From positions 888,448 to 952,447 of the forward strand of contig CAVNZM010000004.1 of the NCBI GenBank assembly GCA_963693365.1: a stretch of DNA of 64,000 bases, read 5' to 3'. Below the pieces are notes generated by a model. That model made no database searches. It was not told the origin of the DNA and saw only the letters and a list, made by a program, of their open reading frames with translations. Below are positions 14,697 through 38,953 of the stretch, piece after piece (positions within the stretch are counted from its first letter, which is position 1; each line of letters starts with the position of its first letter). This DNA comes from Amoebidium appalachense (Eukaryota; Protista; Ichthyosporea). The position numbers and the translations under genes were made by a program.

Positions 14697-17074
14697 TCCA
14701 GGCTGTTGGAAAGTTACCAAATTGGTACCAGCCAAAAACAAATTTCACACCCTGGCTGGAATCATTCCAGGCTCACAGCGATTTCAAGCGGCCCATCTGG
14801 ACCTGGACCTGGCCGTTCACCGTGCATCCAGAGACACATGTGACCATCGCACCAATTTGGAAGGAGGTACGTGTCGACTGGGCAGGGTGACACTTTAAAG
14901 TTATATTGTACGATGGTCAATATGTAAATAATCTATGTTATAGAATAACATATTTTAAAGCTTTCTTGTTTCCTTTTAAATGAAGCTAGATGAAACCGTG
15001 TGAGTGGGATTAGGTTCATATTCAATATTGCAAGCTCTGAGGCAGCTGTGACGTCGACGTTGCTGCTTCATATCATGACAACCACGAAATTCAAGTTGAT
15101 ACGATTCTTGGACAGTCAATCAATATGAGCCTATGCACATACATATCTATAAATATATATTTAATTTAGAATATTTTTACATGGGCACGGATGCTCATGT
15201 CTTTAAACTTTGAGGTTGATATTGCAGGCTTTTTTTTTGCAGCAGACTCTTCCGCGGCCTGTAATCAGTCTGGGTTTGGCATATGCATGCGAACTGAACG
15301 ACGTGATCCTGCCGCGCCCCGGGATATATATCCACTCAGTGAAATTTCCATTGCCCTAATTCGCCGCGCCATATGCATTACTATCGATAATAGAGTAATT
15401 ATTGCGGAATTTAGAAAAATTATTCATCTTGACTTCTCGAAGGCCCAGTCTGCTTGGTGGGTCAAAAGAACCTGAGAAGTTGCCAAATGCGGCTGGTATA
15501 TTATTAGCAGTCGACCCGGGCCGTATCCGTAGGATAGTGTCGGGTTGAAATCAAAAGGAGGCAGACACGTTTCCATTGGTAGGCTTATGCACCAACCAGG
15601 ACGGCCTTAATATATTGTAATATATCGGAAGGCAGCGCTGCCAGCGCAAAAATGTGACCGGTATTTTTCTTACATTTATATGCAATGAATTCATAATTTA
15701 TAATAAAAAAAATCAGGTTTAATAGGCTTTGTGGTAGTGTGTTTTGAGAATTGTTGCGCAACAGTCGAGGTATTCCAAAATATAGTAGTATATAGTGTAT
15801 TGCCGGCCTGCCGCCCGACCTGCTACAAAAGTCAGCTGGGCGATGCCGCGACGTCACTCATGCCGCGTTAGAAACAAAAAGAAAAAGTGTGTAAACCCCC
15901 GCGTTAGCCGCCATGGGCACGTACAAATTGCAGCAGCTGGGTCCGGAGCGCGTGGAGGTCGCACAAACGGGTGATCCTGCGCACAACATTAGTAGAATGT
16001 TCCAGCAACTTGTGCTGATCATGATCAGGCACACGTGCACCGGGGGCACGTTGTGCACAGGCCAGTCCACAACTTTTGCATGGCAACATGACGAATCATT
16101 GATACTTCATTACTGGTAAACAATAACCTTGTGTATATGCTACATATGTGTGTGTGAGTGTTACAGTATCATCAAGTTTCAAAGAGCAAAGTTTTATTTC
16201 AATTAATCGTACGCCAATACTGTCGCATGATCAGGCCCTCGAGCTTGAGGGCGCATGCAAAAACCACTCGCGTTGTGTCATAATATCAATCAAATACAGC
16301 ACGTAAATATTCATTGACTCATACTAAATACATTATGATGTCTCAATATCAAAACATGTAGGGCCCGATCATGCCTCCCGGAAACACGGAATTCATCCCC
16401 ATAGACTGCACTTTGCACGTACTACTTTGAGCCGTGTCAAGTTGATCTCCGGCGCACGTTCCTGCCGTTCATTCCGGAATCCCCGGAATCCAGATCCTGT
16501 TACAAAATAGTGCTAAGAATGTCGACGTCATTTTGACGTCTTCAGTTCGGGAGCTTTGGCAGTGCAGCCCGGGCCAGAGTCTAGACTCTAGAGGAATATG
16601 AACGGCAGCTCTGATTGGTGGCTGATGGCGGCTACCGAGTACCGACCCCATAGACCGTACGATGCGAACCACGTCCGCTTGCCAAAGTTGCCCGCAACGA
16701 GCCGGCCCTACCACCTACTGACTGACTGAGGCGGTGCCTTATTATTTTATATTATATATTATTTTCCTTCCTACCTCAGCAGAAATGACAATGCTTATCG
16801 GTGTACGCGAAATGACTGCTGCGAATTCGAAGGAAGGCGGCGAAGAAAAAAGACCGCGCGGGCTGCGAAGAAGGAAGGAAAAATCGGCCGCCGTCGATAG
16901 CTCTGAGATGGCGCGTGACACCGTCATGACGTACGCGTGAGGAGCCGGCCGCCTTACGAGGCTCACTGTCACTCACGGTGACCGCAACTTGGTTTTCAAG
17001 TTTTTTTTTTTTCCGGCTTTTTGTATGCCAGGGACCAACCGATTAGTGCACACTCCTGTACAGCCACCAGCACC

Positions 17075-20000
17075 ATGGCGAGGCCCGCTCTTCTGTGTTT
17101 GTTGGCCGGTGTGTCTTTCGCCAGTGCCTCGTTCTTTCAAGCGTTCTCTTCAGATGTGAAGGTGTGGGGGCATCAGAATCCGTGCTGCAATGCATGCAAT
17201 GCAAAACTGCTACACACTACGGTCTTGGCAAGTCTCAGGGCCTGCCGTGGGCTTGGCGGCGTCAAGAGCTTGTGATGGAAATGGAAAGAGGCAGGCGCGA
17301 CAGCAGTAGGACATCTAGTCCACGTGGCTACACAGTATGTACACATTAATGCACAATAGACGTTTACAGTAACATGTACACAATGCGGCCTAGTAGGCTA
17401 CACGTGTCACAGTGACTACACGTTGGTTCTTAATACATACACACAAAACTGTAGTCTCCTTTTTTCCAAACAAGATAACAAGGTGTTTAACTTTTTTTTT
17501 CTTTCCAGACAGGGGGCAATGTAGACATTCTAGTGTCTGACAGCAAGCCCTTGCCTCAAGACGGCACCTCCCTACGTTTGTCTATCGGCACCCTCAACGT
17601 GACCCACTTCAGCGCAGGGGCGGAGGGAAAGCAGTGCGAGGGGGACCAGCTGGATGTAGGGGCAGTGCTGACTGTGCAAAGTGCGTGGTAGACATTGATT
17701 GATTTGCATCGAAGACTTAGTTTCCTGTTGGGTGTGGAGGGGTGGAGAGCAGGATAGTAGTACTGTGTGTGGTAGGTGTTCTCAGTTTAGTCTGAACAGA
17801 ATTGACTGAGTGCGCCTGTCTTTATGAGTGCACCCCGCAACGTAGTGAGGGGGGAGGAACAGGGGCGCGGATTTGTGGGGCAAGGCGGGCCGGCAAACAT
17901 AAACGGGTTGCTGACTAGTTGCTGGCTTTTCAGCTGGTGTGGCACCGTTCCGTCCGCGAGTGCGCATACAGAAGTACACAGAGGAGGGCGGCTGGGAGAC
18001 ACTGAAGATGGGTACGTGCTAAAGGTGGCTTCCCGGGTTTGTTTGTGTGTGTGTGTTCGTGTGTGTGTGCACCCGCGTGCGAGCGTGTGTGTGTGTGTGT
18101 CTCACGGTGCGTGTGCGCAGCTTGTACGCGCTCAAATCTGTGTCCTAGTGTGTCTGTGTGTGTGTGTGGCTTTTCAGCTGGTGTGGCACCGTTCCGTCCT
18201 CGAGTGCGCATACAGAAGTACACAGAGGAGGGCGGCTGGGAGACACTGAAGATGGGTACGTGCTAAAGGTGGCTTCCCGGGTTTGTTTGTGTGTGTGTGT
18301 TCGTGTGTGTGTGCACCCGCGTGCGAGCGTGTGTGTGTGTGTGTCTCACGGTGCGTGTGCGCAGCTTGTACGCGCTCATATCTGTGTCCTAGTGTGTCTG
18401 TGTGTGTGTGTGGCTTTTCAGCTGGTGTGGCACCGTTCCGTCCTCGAGTGCGCATACAGAAGTACACAGAGGAGGGCGGCTGGGAGACACTGAAGATGGG
18501 TACGTGCTAAAGGTGGCTTCCCGGGTTTGTTTGTGTGTGTGTGTTCGTGTGTGTGTGCACCCGCGTGCGAGCGTGTGTGTGTGTGTGTCTCACGGTGCGT
18601 GTGCGCAGCTTGTACGCGCTCATATCTGTGTTCTAGTGTGTCTGTGTGTGTGTGTGCGCGCGTGCGCGTGCATGTGCACTTCCGCTGTTGTGCTGCACCA
18701 AACCTGGTATCACACCGTCCTTTGTACACATCCGGTTTCTGATTGTGGCTTGCAACTGTAATACCCACAAGTAGATTCGACCACCTGTTAGTAAGATGTG
18801 CACTAACTAGTGGTAACAAATATATAGTTGTAGCGGCTAGAAGCACATTTTTCTGTGTACCCGAAAAGTTGAATCAAACCTGTCCACGTCTGCAGCAATT
18901 ATTGATGATCTCGACCAACATTACCTCTCTGCCAGTTCCATCGGCTGGCACATTTCGTCTCATTAACACTGACATGTGTTGTGCAGGGCTGCTTGGTGTG
19001 ACTGTGGATTTGGATTTCACTCTGCAGCAGCTTGCTGGGCCCAAGGCCCCCGACGTGATTGAGGGGGGCACAACTACGTCTTTAACCTGAGGTTCAAGGG
19101 TATGACTCCTCTGCCTCCCTCCCCCCCCCTCCCCCCCCCCCCCCCCCCCCGGCCCGCTCGCCCGCCCCACTCACGCATGGTGTACACATATATCAAATAG
19201 ACACACCGCGACACGCCCCACCAGGGACATGCACACACCCACATCTGGTCACTCGTACAGCCACAAACCACACGACCATCTAAGTGTTAACAACCCCCCC
19301 CCCCCCCCCCCCCCCGGCCGTTGACTTGGGGCCCCCTGAGCATTGATTTCGCTTATGCTACACACAATGCATGTTCTGCATACTTACTTGTTTGCTTTTG
19401 ATTAACATTTTCCGCATCAAATCCTCCCTTCCCCCCCCCCCCCCCCCCCCCCCCCCCTCCTTGGATTGAGTGCTCATTGCAAGCAAACCTTTGTGAAATT
19501 CCTGTAACAGAGCTTTAAGGTCTTTGGTGTACATGACATGAACGGCTGTATCTATGTCTCTCTCAAATGCTGTGTATGTTTGTGTGTGTGCACGCCTTGT
19601 GTGTGTGCTGTATTCTTGTTTTTGGAAAACTACGTGTCCAGCCCGGATATGTGTGCGCACGGGCATGCCTGTGTGTGTATGTATGTGTGCTGGGGGGAGG
19701 GGGGGGAGGGGGTTGCGTATGCCTCTGCACATATCTCTGTGTCTGTGTGCCTGTGTGCCTGTGCCTGTGTGTGTGCATGCACAAATGGTTGATGGGGTAT
19801 TGTTGCGAGTGTTTTGTAGGAAAAGGTGTTCTATTCTCGTGTTGAAGGCTAAGGTCTTGTGTGTGCGCTTCTTTTGTGAACCCGATTTCGCCTATGTGCG
19901 TGTATGTGTGCGTGCGTGCGTGCGTGCGTGCGTGCGTGTGTGTTCTTTTTGGGGGGGAGGGGGGGCCTGGCACCTCAAGCTCGCAATCTGGCATTGGTGG

Positions 20001-20404
20001 TGTGTGTGCGCACCGCGTGTGTGGAGGGGGGGAGGGGGGGGGGGGGGGGGGAGTTACCACTGTACACGGTGGTGTTATGTATGATGTCAACATGTCAATA
20101 AAAATGTCACTGATCACTCCACCAGTGATGCCGCCAACCAAGCACAATGATTGGTTTTGCCTTCATACGACATTTGCCTTTTTAGGCACCTACGCACACA
20201 TGCATCATCTTTAAACACCTGCCTAATATCATTAGTTCAACACGTGCCTAGTTCTTTAACACACACATCATGCAGATGCGGAGATAGACACCCCCCTTGG
20301 CAAGAAGACTGCCTGTGTCAACCTGGCCACTAGGGAAGTTGTGGCAAAGGCATCGGCCTGGAAGTGGTTCTACTTCAACCTTGCTAACGACTTGGTCAGT
20401 ACCA

Positions 20405-20440
<36 letters not shown>

Positions 20441-20672
20441 CTTACTCTTACGTGTGGTTTGCACTTAATGATAACTGTTACACACAACACAGTGTACTTC
20501 GTATTGTATAACGCATTGATTTATATCCCCCCCCCCCCCCCCCCCCCCCTTTCCTTCCCGGGTTTTGGTGGAGTATGGGTCCTGCTTTATGTTGCATAAT
20601 TACTTGTCTGCTTTTGCATGTGTCCTGCATCGTGTTGTTCATGTAGTTGTACTTCGTACCGTTTTCTGCATT

Positions 20673-20705
<33 letters not shown>

Positions 20706-21518
20706 ATTTAATCCCCCCCCCGATTAATCCCCCCTGCCACCTTCTTGTGTGACGACTGGTCGCCCTGTAATTGTGGACTTCTTTCTGCCTACATTCAATG
20801 TACTTGGTTCCTTCTTCCTACCTATGTATACTTATTTCCCCCTCCCCCTCCCCTCCCCCCTCCCCCTTTTATGTGTGGTTTGCACCGAGTCTCTGCATTG
20901 TGTTGTCCGTTATGAATGTGTATTTGCACTCTAACGCTTTCCAACCCCCCCCCCCCCCCCCGTGTTGTCCGTCATGAGCGTTTACTTCGTATTGTGGGTC
21001 ATTTCAACCTTTTTAACCTACCCCACCCACCTACCCATTTCCTTACTAAACACATACGCCAATGTTTGTGTGCGCACGCACACACACGCGCGCCCCACGC
21101 ACACATTTGGTGGTAGCATAATACAAGCCACATGGGTGTGAGAAGCACATATATGTGGATGGCTGAGTATGACCCCTTGAGTCTGTGCTCGGCTGAGCTA
21201 TGCAATATATTGTCTGTATGCAGATGCCTTTTACCGTGCGTCAATTTGCATCCCAGCTTTTTCTCTTCTTTCGTAGTAGTATTATCGAGTCAGTTCTACC
21301 CTCATACCTGGCCACCAGTGGCACCTACCTTCACACAACAAGAATAAAGAATATGAGCTAGCCCAATATGAGCTAGCCCGATATCAGCTAGCCAATGTAT
21401 GTTTACTGACGGTTCACTGTTTGCACAGGGCCAGGTGTTCTACATGAATCTGATCAGTGGGGACTCGGTGGTGGCTTCAATTAAGGTGTGCCTGCGCGGC
21501 CCCGGACAGTGCGAGTAA
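17075..21518 (+). CDS. Secreted beta-rich protein, possibly ML (MD-2/GM2-activator-like) lipid-binding fold; exons 17075-17161, 17509-17680, 17934-18011 (repeated at 18178-18255 and 18422-18499), 18987-19099, 20276-20394, 21429-21518
   Basis: Signal peptide [18 protein letters not shown]. All junctions are GT-AG and phase-consistent except for one missing base in the G-run at 19063-19068. Ends ...[13 protein letters not shown]. The ML assignment is a weak resemblance only. Confidence 0.75.
17923..18654 (+). repeat. Three near-identical 244-bp tandem repeats, each containing a complete 78-nt exon with both splice sites
   Basis: Units start at 17923, 18167 and 18411 (tggcttttcag|CTGGTGTGG...AAGATGG|gtacgt). 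Confidence 0.97.
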
Positions 21519-22026
21519 CAGCCATATATGGCATGTTATATCTCCTATATAACCTTATTTGGTTCACATGTATTGGCATTGATTGGCTCTTAAAGTTATG
21601 AATCTTGGTTATTTGATCGACTCGGTATCTTAGTACGGGTCAAAACGGTTACCCGTTTTGTCTCGTTTGTCTCTTGTTCCAACTATTGACGCAGTATTTA
21701 GCCGAGCAGTCTATAGTTAGTAGCACACAGTGTGCACATACCAATTTAGTACGTGAAGGGTGCATGTTGTCACTTGCAGACGCAGTTTGGGGTTGCAACT
21801 TAGTGCCCCACGTTCTATGTATGAAAGTATTTTTGGACTATCGATCCCCTATTTAGCTTATGGCTGGGCATGGGTTGCCTAAGCAGATTGGCCTGGCCCA
21901 GTGGGCCGAGGCAGTTGCCACGAAGGACCCTTATAATACATTACTAACCCTAATCCCAATTCATGTGCTCCGTGGTCCATAATACATACTATCCCTAATC
22001 CCAATTCATGTGCTCCGTGGTTCAAG

Positions 22027-22059
<33 letters not shown>

Positions 22060-23246
22060 ACTTAGGTATCGACGGGGGAGCTTCCTAGAAGCCCCGTCTC
22101 CTGAGTTCCTATCTATATTTTTCTTGCTTCTGCTTACTGCTGCAACTTTAACCCCCGGCCTTTCCCACTGCCCATGCCTGCATAAGCAACCCTGCTCGTC
22201 TCTGATCAAGACGGGTGACCTACCCATAAAACAGTAGAATATAAGAAAAGAAAGTGAATAGCAAAATAGAGAACACCAAAAATGGCAAGTAAATAGAAGT
22301 AAGAGTGAATGATAAATAAAAGACTAATCATTTATTAAATAATATTGAAATAAGAAAAAAATTCTGCTAATGAAAGAAGAGATACAATAAAGGTAGCTGC
22401 TAATACAGGGTTCAAAAGAAGCTTGTCTGGCCCTCCCCCCCCTCTTCCCGCCCCTCCCCCCCCCCTCCTACACACACACAAACACACACACTCAACACAT
22501 ACAACCACACAAGCTCCAAATCAGTCATGCCAACAACGATTGGGGGGGGGGGGGGGGGGGGGGGGTAGTGTTGCATGTGAAGCCTGCATGCACGTGATTG
22601 CAAAAAATCACCACGTGTGCACGTGTACAACCCAAGACTGAGTGGCCATCACATGATATGTCGCTATAATTCAGCAAGCCTAGATGCTGATGGGGAATGT
22701 GTAACTAAAACTGAACACACAGCTAGGAGAATCAATGCACGTCTTTTGGCCGCGTTCTCCATGGCCAATCATAATAATAGATCAAGACACCCCAGTTGTC
22801 AAACATATTAATATACACCTTAAAAAGCAAAGAAAAATACCATCACAACCAAGGTCAGACTAATTAAATGAGTCAACCAAACTTGTGCATACGTCCCCAA
22901 TCTATAAATCTTTGCCCAATAGCTCTCAATTTATATTAAATGAAAGGCATAGGAACAAGACAATAAAAAATTAGGAATCTTCACGTAATGTCACGACACA
23001 GTAATCATTCAAGCGCCTAGCAGGAACCACGTACTCTACCCCACGTAGTACACCACACACAACCCATATGATCATTGAATATTATTGAGCGTTAGGGACA
23101 TCCTTGCTTGTACCCGCAGCACCTTCACTTGGCCCCCCCCCTCTTTGGTGGGGGTCTATACACTGGCCGGTCTTCCTTTCTCGCTCGTTGTGGTCGCTCC
23201 CTCTCCTCCCTCTCCACCCCCCGCCTCTGGGGTGCCCCGCCCCCCT

Positions 23247-32107
<8,861 letters not shown>

Positions 32108-33105
32108 AGCAACCACTGGGGAGCAAAAGGCTGGCTGTTTTGACACGGAACAAGCAACCTCAACCGGACCTCTGGAGAGCAGTGCCCCTTTTTTGTGTTG
32201 TGTCCGAGCTAACTAAATAACAGCAGTAGTGCTGTTCTTATGATCTATGTGAGACTGGCTACGTAGATTGTCTGTAGTCCGTACAGGGCAGTGCTCCAAG
32301 CCCAACAATGAGGAACTGCAGGACACTAAAGCTTAGTATTGTGGGCAGTATTGCTGTGACTTTTGTCAGATCCAGGTGAAACTGGCACATAGGATCATAC
32401 ACGCTACAAAGTGATTGCTTTGTTGAAGTTTGGCCGTGTTGGTTGTCCAGAAAAGAGGAACTTGAAACACGGAACCAGGAACACGGAGACCCCCGTGTGC
32501 ACCCTGAACTCGGAATGCACTTATATTAGGCACCAACTATGTCCCTGCACTTAGGCACTCACTGTATTGTTGCTGCTCGAACGGCTATCGTGTATGAGCC
32601 CGGCCTACGTCACCAACTGAAATAGGACCCCTCGTCTGACTGCTCAGAACCGACACCGTGAGATTGGGCCAGTTTCGGGATTCAGTGAGAGATTCAGTGT
32701 ATAATTTCACTTCATTTTTGTGCACCTTCACTGAGATTTGGGATACATGCAACATTCGCAAGTCTTCTAGGGAGGGGAAACATGCGCCAGCCGCCCACTA
32801 TCAACTGTTAGCTGGTGCAGGCAACTATGCTAAAGCCTGGGCTGTATATACATGCAGTATTTTGACGGTCGCACCTATGCACGCACCTACCTGGGTCTGT
32901 ACAAGTTTCTAAAATAGTGGGCTACGATACGAGAGGCAGTTGTTTTTTAAGTTGAATGTATGGCACACAAAAAGTAGAATATGAGGGCAGAGAAGGAGGG
33001 GGAAAAAGGTAACTTCTTTGAGAAGAGTTGGTGTTAACAAACACCAGCTAACTGCTGCCATAACATGAAATAACAAAACTTGAAGACACGGCACTCGTTC
33101 GCCGT

Positions 33106-33483
33106 TTACTTGTTGGAAGTGTACTTGGTGACGGCCTTGGTGCCCTCAGACACGGCATGCTTGGCAAGCTCACCGGGGAGGAGCAGGCGCACGGCAGTCT
33201 GAATCTCGCGGGAGGAGATAGTCGACTTCTTGTTGTAGAGAGCGAGTTTGGAGGCCTCACCGGCAACACGCTCGAAGATGTCGTTCACGAACGAGTTCAT
33301 GATAGACATGGCCTTGGAGGAGATACCGGTGTCGGGGTGCACCTGCTTGAGCACCTTGTAGATGTACACGCTGTAGCTCTCCTTTCTCTTCTTCTTCTTC
33401 TTCTTGTCCCCCTTCTTTGCGGCGGCGGCGGCACCCCCCTCGCCAGCCTTCTTTTCGGCCTTCTTTCCTCCCTTGGGCGGCAT
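33106..33483 (-). CDS. H2B: Histone H2B, intronless, 125 aa
   Basis: [49 protein letters not shown]...[26 protein letters not shown]. Confidence 0.99.
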   Translation of the reverse strand: MPPKGGKKAEKKAGEGGAAAAAKKGDKKKKKKRKESYSVYIYKVLKQVHPDTGISSKAMSIMNSFVNDIFERVAGEASKLALYNKKSTISSREIQTAVRLLLPGELAKHAVSEGTKAVTKYTSNK

Positions 33484-33826
33484 GTTTGTGTTTTTGGAGC
33501 TTCGGGTGGTTGTCGGTTTGACTGAGGACAAAATTTATCGCGAGGACATTTATAATGTAACATCTGATCGGTGCGCTTGCGTACGCCAATCGTTGCACTG
33601 CAAGTTGAAGAAGCATAGGCTTGTGATTGGTCCATGTCAATACACCGATCTGCCTTTGAAGTCTTCATTGATTGGATGAATCCAAGAAACCGATTCGACT
33701 ATTTTGATTGGCTGCATTTTGAAGTGACCGTTATTCCCGGCTGGCGCGCGCGCCAAGAGCTCGCGCCGAGTCAGGCTGCCAACATACTTTCCTTAGTATT
33801 ATATTGTGTGGCAAAAGGACGCTAAT
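33484..33826. promoter_or_regulatory. Bidirectional promoter between H2B and the FAD oxidoreductase gene, with TATA box and four CCAAT boxes
   Basis: TATAAA on minus strand at 33549-33554; CCAAT/ATTGG at 33586, 33626, 33671, 33707; free of simple repeats. Confidence 0.7.
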
Positions 33827-36118
<2,292 letters not shown>

Positions 36119-36175
36119 TTGTTAGCGTGGTTTGTTAACTGGATGGATGTGGTGCGGTCAAGTATGGGAGAATTC

Positions 36176-36209
<34 letters not shown>

Positions 36210-37039
36210 ATGCTGTGAAAAAACTCTGACATCTGGTTGGTTTCATTGGGGAAAAAATGTTGGTTGCTTGTGCCTTTTTTCTTTCTTTCTTTTTTTGGGC
36301 AGGGGGGGGAATTGTGGGATGAAGTAAATGGATTAATTAGCGCAGTAATGATTCCCATATTCGTATGATAATATTCATCATCAGAGCTAGACATAATCAA
36401 TGTCGAGGGTTTAAATTCGCGCTGTTACGCTGTTTAATAAAGACAAAAAGAGAAATTCTGTGTTGTGTGCAATATATTGGTGTTAAATGCTTTCAGTCCG
36501 TGTATGTATGTATCGTGTCAGAGATGTGCATAATTTAGGTGTTAATATTAGAAGTATGTATGGCGTGCATGCCAGACTTCATGTAAGGATCCTTAGAAAG
36601 CCCAGGCATACATGGGATGGCAGAGTGAATAATGACTTCAAAGATGGTTGTGTGTACAGTATGGAAAGACCTGTCCCTTTGTGTACTTGGAACATACATT
36701 AATTGAACTGAATTTCCATCCACCGCTTGCAAATCCCCCCCCCCCCCCCCCCTCCCCCCTTCCCTCCCCCCGCCGTCCCTCCCCTAGGCCCCCGCTCGGC
36801 ACTTCAAATTAATAAAGTTGACCGTTGTGCGTTGTTTTTAAGGGGGTTTTAATGTAATTATCCCCCTGGGCTCCCTTAGCTAGTGGTTGTGGCGCGGCTT
36901 TTTGTTGGATGGATGCGGGCGATATAGTATGCCAATTCTTATAATTTTCCGATGTTTATCATTGGGGGAGGGGGGAGGGGGGGGACAGGGGGGCGGGGAG
37001 GGGGGGGGGGGGGGACAAGGGGGAGGGGACGGGGAGGGT

Positions 37040-37077
<38 letters not shown>

Positions 37078-37326
37078 GGTAAATACTTGGTTTCGCTTCT
37101 TCCTTTGAAAAAAACCGTTGCAGAGAGTACAACTGGTGACGATTCCCTTTCACACCTGTTGGCAATTATTGCACTGAATCATGCCTGTGGTATGCTGTTA
37201 CTCACCGAACAAAATGTAATGTTATGGTAGTGGCCTCAATAGTACTTTCGGGGAGATCTAGATACATATCGATTTGCCAGAAGGCTCGAGGTGCACGGGC
37301 GGGGCGCATGGGGGGAAAGGGGGGAA

Positions 37327-37358
<32 letters not shown>

Positions 37359-37576
37359 CAACATTACCGCTAAAGTTTTTTTTTCAGAGCAAAAACCGGG
37401 TGTGGGTGGTGCTACGCAGGAATTCGAAGCTGGTGGTGGTTATAACCAATCAATGATGGTAGCTGCTGTGGTTCTAACGCTGATACTCAGTCTATGATGA
37501 CTATGTGCTTTTTGTGGCGGGGGAAGAAAATTTTTACATGCGTTCAACTTGCAGAGTCCAATGCGTACGCACAAAG

Positions 37577-37954
37577 AGGAGCCAACCACATCGGCAGAGT
37601 CAACTTGCAAGAATTTTTAGAGCAGAATTATTCTGCAAAATGCAGAACTGTTCTGCAAAAGCAGAATTAATCTGCAAAAACAGAATTATTCTATAAATGC
37701 AGAATTGTTCACCTTTGAGCAGAATCACTCTGCTTTTAGCAGAATTATTTTGCTTTAAGCAGAATTATTCCGCAAAGAGCAGGATTATTCTGCTTTCGAC
37801 AGCAGAATAAACTTGCACCAGGCTGAATAAATATCTCTGCTGTTGCAGAATAATCCTGCTTTTAGCAGTGCGGAATAATTCTGCATTTTGCAGACTGGTT
37901 TTTTCAGAATTACTCTGCTCGGGGCAAGTTGACTCAGCCGATGTGATTGGGCCT
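37577..37954. mobile_element. Fold-back MITE copy 1 (degenerate)
   Basis: TIRs aggagccaaccacatcggcagagtcaacttgc / gcaagttgactcagccgatgtgattgggcct; interior array of GCAGAATTATTCTGC palindromes. Confidence 0.85.
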
Positions 37955-38123
37955 TAAGCTTTGCCGACGCACGGCACCGTGGTGAAAATTTAAAGGATTA
38001 TTGTATCCTGCAATCTTTGCATATACATTGTCAAATAGAAGGCATAATTTGTGGAGCCCATCTTTCGGGGGGGGGGGGGGGGGGGGGGGGGGAGGGGGGG
38101 AGGGGGGAAGAGGGGTTGGGGGG

Positions 38124-38184
<61 letters not shown>

Positions 38185-38230
38185 TCTTTTGGAGGGCGGG
38201 GGAGGAGCTCCGGGGGGGGGGGGGGGGGGG

Positions 38231-38370
38231 GGGTTTGAATGCGGAAAACGGTACGAAGTACGCATACACGACGAGAAGCATGGTGCAGGACACATGCAAA
38301 GGCAAACATTCAAGTATGCAACATCAGCCATGTGCACAGTATGCGTCATAAGCAGAGCCCATCCTCAGGG
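38231..38370 (+). repeat. Best-preserved copy of a ~100-130 bp dispersed repeat abutting poly-G tracts (other copies ~2964-3025+, 20437-20526-, 20583-20674-, 20866-20945-, 25061-25115+, 28401-28505+, 29491-29580+, 43251-43350+, 44070-44120+)
   Basis: Shared ordered motifs (G)n-TTTGAATGCG...GTACGAAGTAC...AACACRATGCAGA...GCAAA.CACACATAARGAGTATGCATA..AAGCAGAGCCCATCCTCAG. Confidence 0.7.
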
Positions 38371-38953
38371 AGGACCCAAGTCATCAATTGCGTCTGAGTT
38401 TCGACCCCTTAGCCCGCGTATATACGACACTCCAACTCAGACAGCAGCATCAACTGAACTTGGGCGGGTCAACCCGTCTTGATCAAAGACGAGCAGGGTT
38501 GCTTATGCAAGCAATGTGAGCAAAACGGTGCAGATGTGTGTGCAAACTAATGCAGTGCAGCGAAAAATGCGTATGTGCTTACAGATGCACGACACAGAGC
38601 AACCATGCCCGGTTGCATGGAAGTAAAGCGGTGGGGGGGGGGGGGGGGCGGCGCAGTTACGGTGCCCGGGGCCCATCTGAGTGCTGTAGGGAGGGTAAGG
38701 ACAGGCTGTGTGTCTGGGTGTGTGTGTGGTTGGGTGTGGGTCACCGTGGGTGTGTGCACGTGCGCGCACACGTGTACTCGTGACGTGTACACATGTGTGT
38801 GTGTGTGCGTGTGGTGTGCAGGGATGGATGTTTATGGGAGAGTTTTATTAGCATTTTACTTCATGAAATATGATGGCTGCAACAGTTAACATTATGCGCA
38901 TGGATGGAAGAGGGGGGTTGAGGGGGAAGGGGAGGGGGAAGGCGGAGGCGGGA

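Noticed and set aside
15858-16976. Short ORFs possibly forming a small minus-strand gene upstream of the secreted protein
   Set aside because: Could not assemble a phase-consistent exon chain or recognise any motif
19063-19068. Frameshift in the secreted-protein gene (pseudogene or programmed slippage?)
   Set aside because: A single missing base in a G-run with otherwise intact exons is most simply a long-read homopolymer error; needs read or cDNA confirmation
33005-33035. Possible histone 3' stem-loop (AACTCTTCTCAAAGAAGTT on minus strand)
   Set aside because: Does not fit the 6-bp stem/4-nt loop GGYYYT-TYYH-ARRRCC consensus
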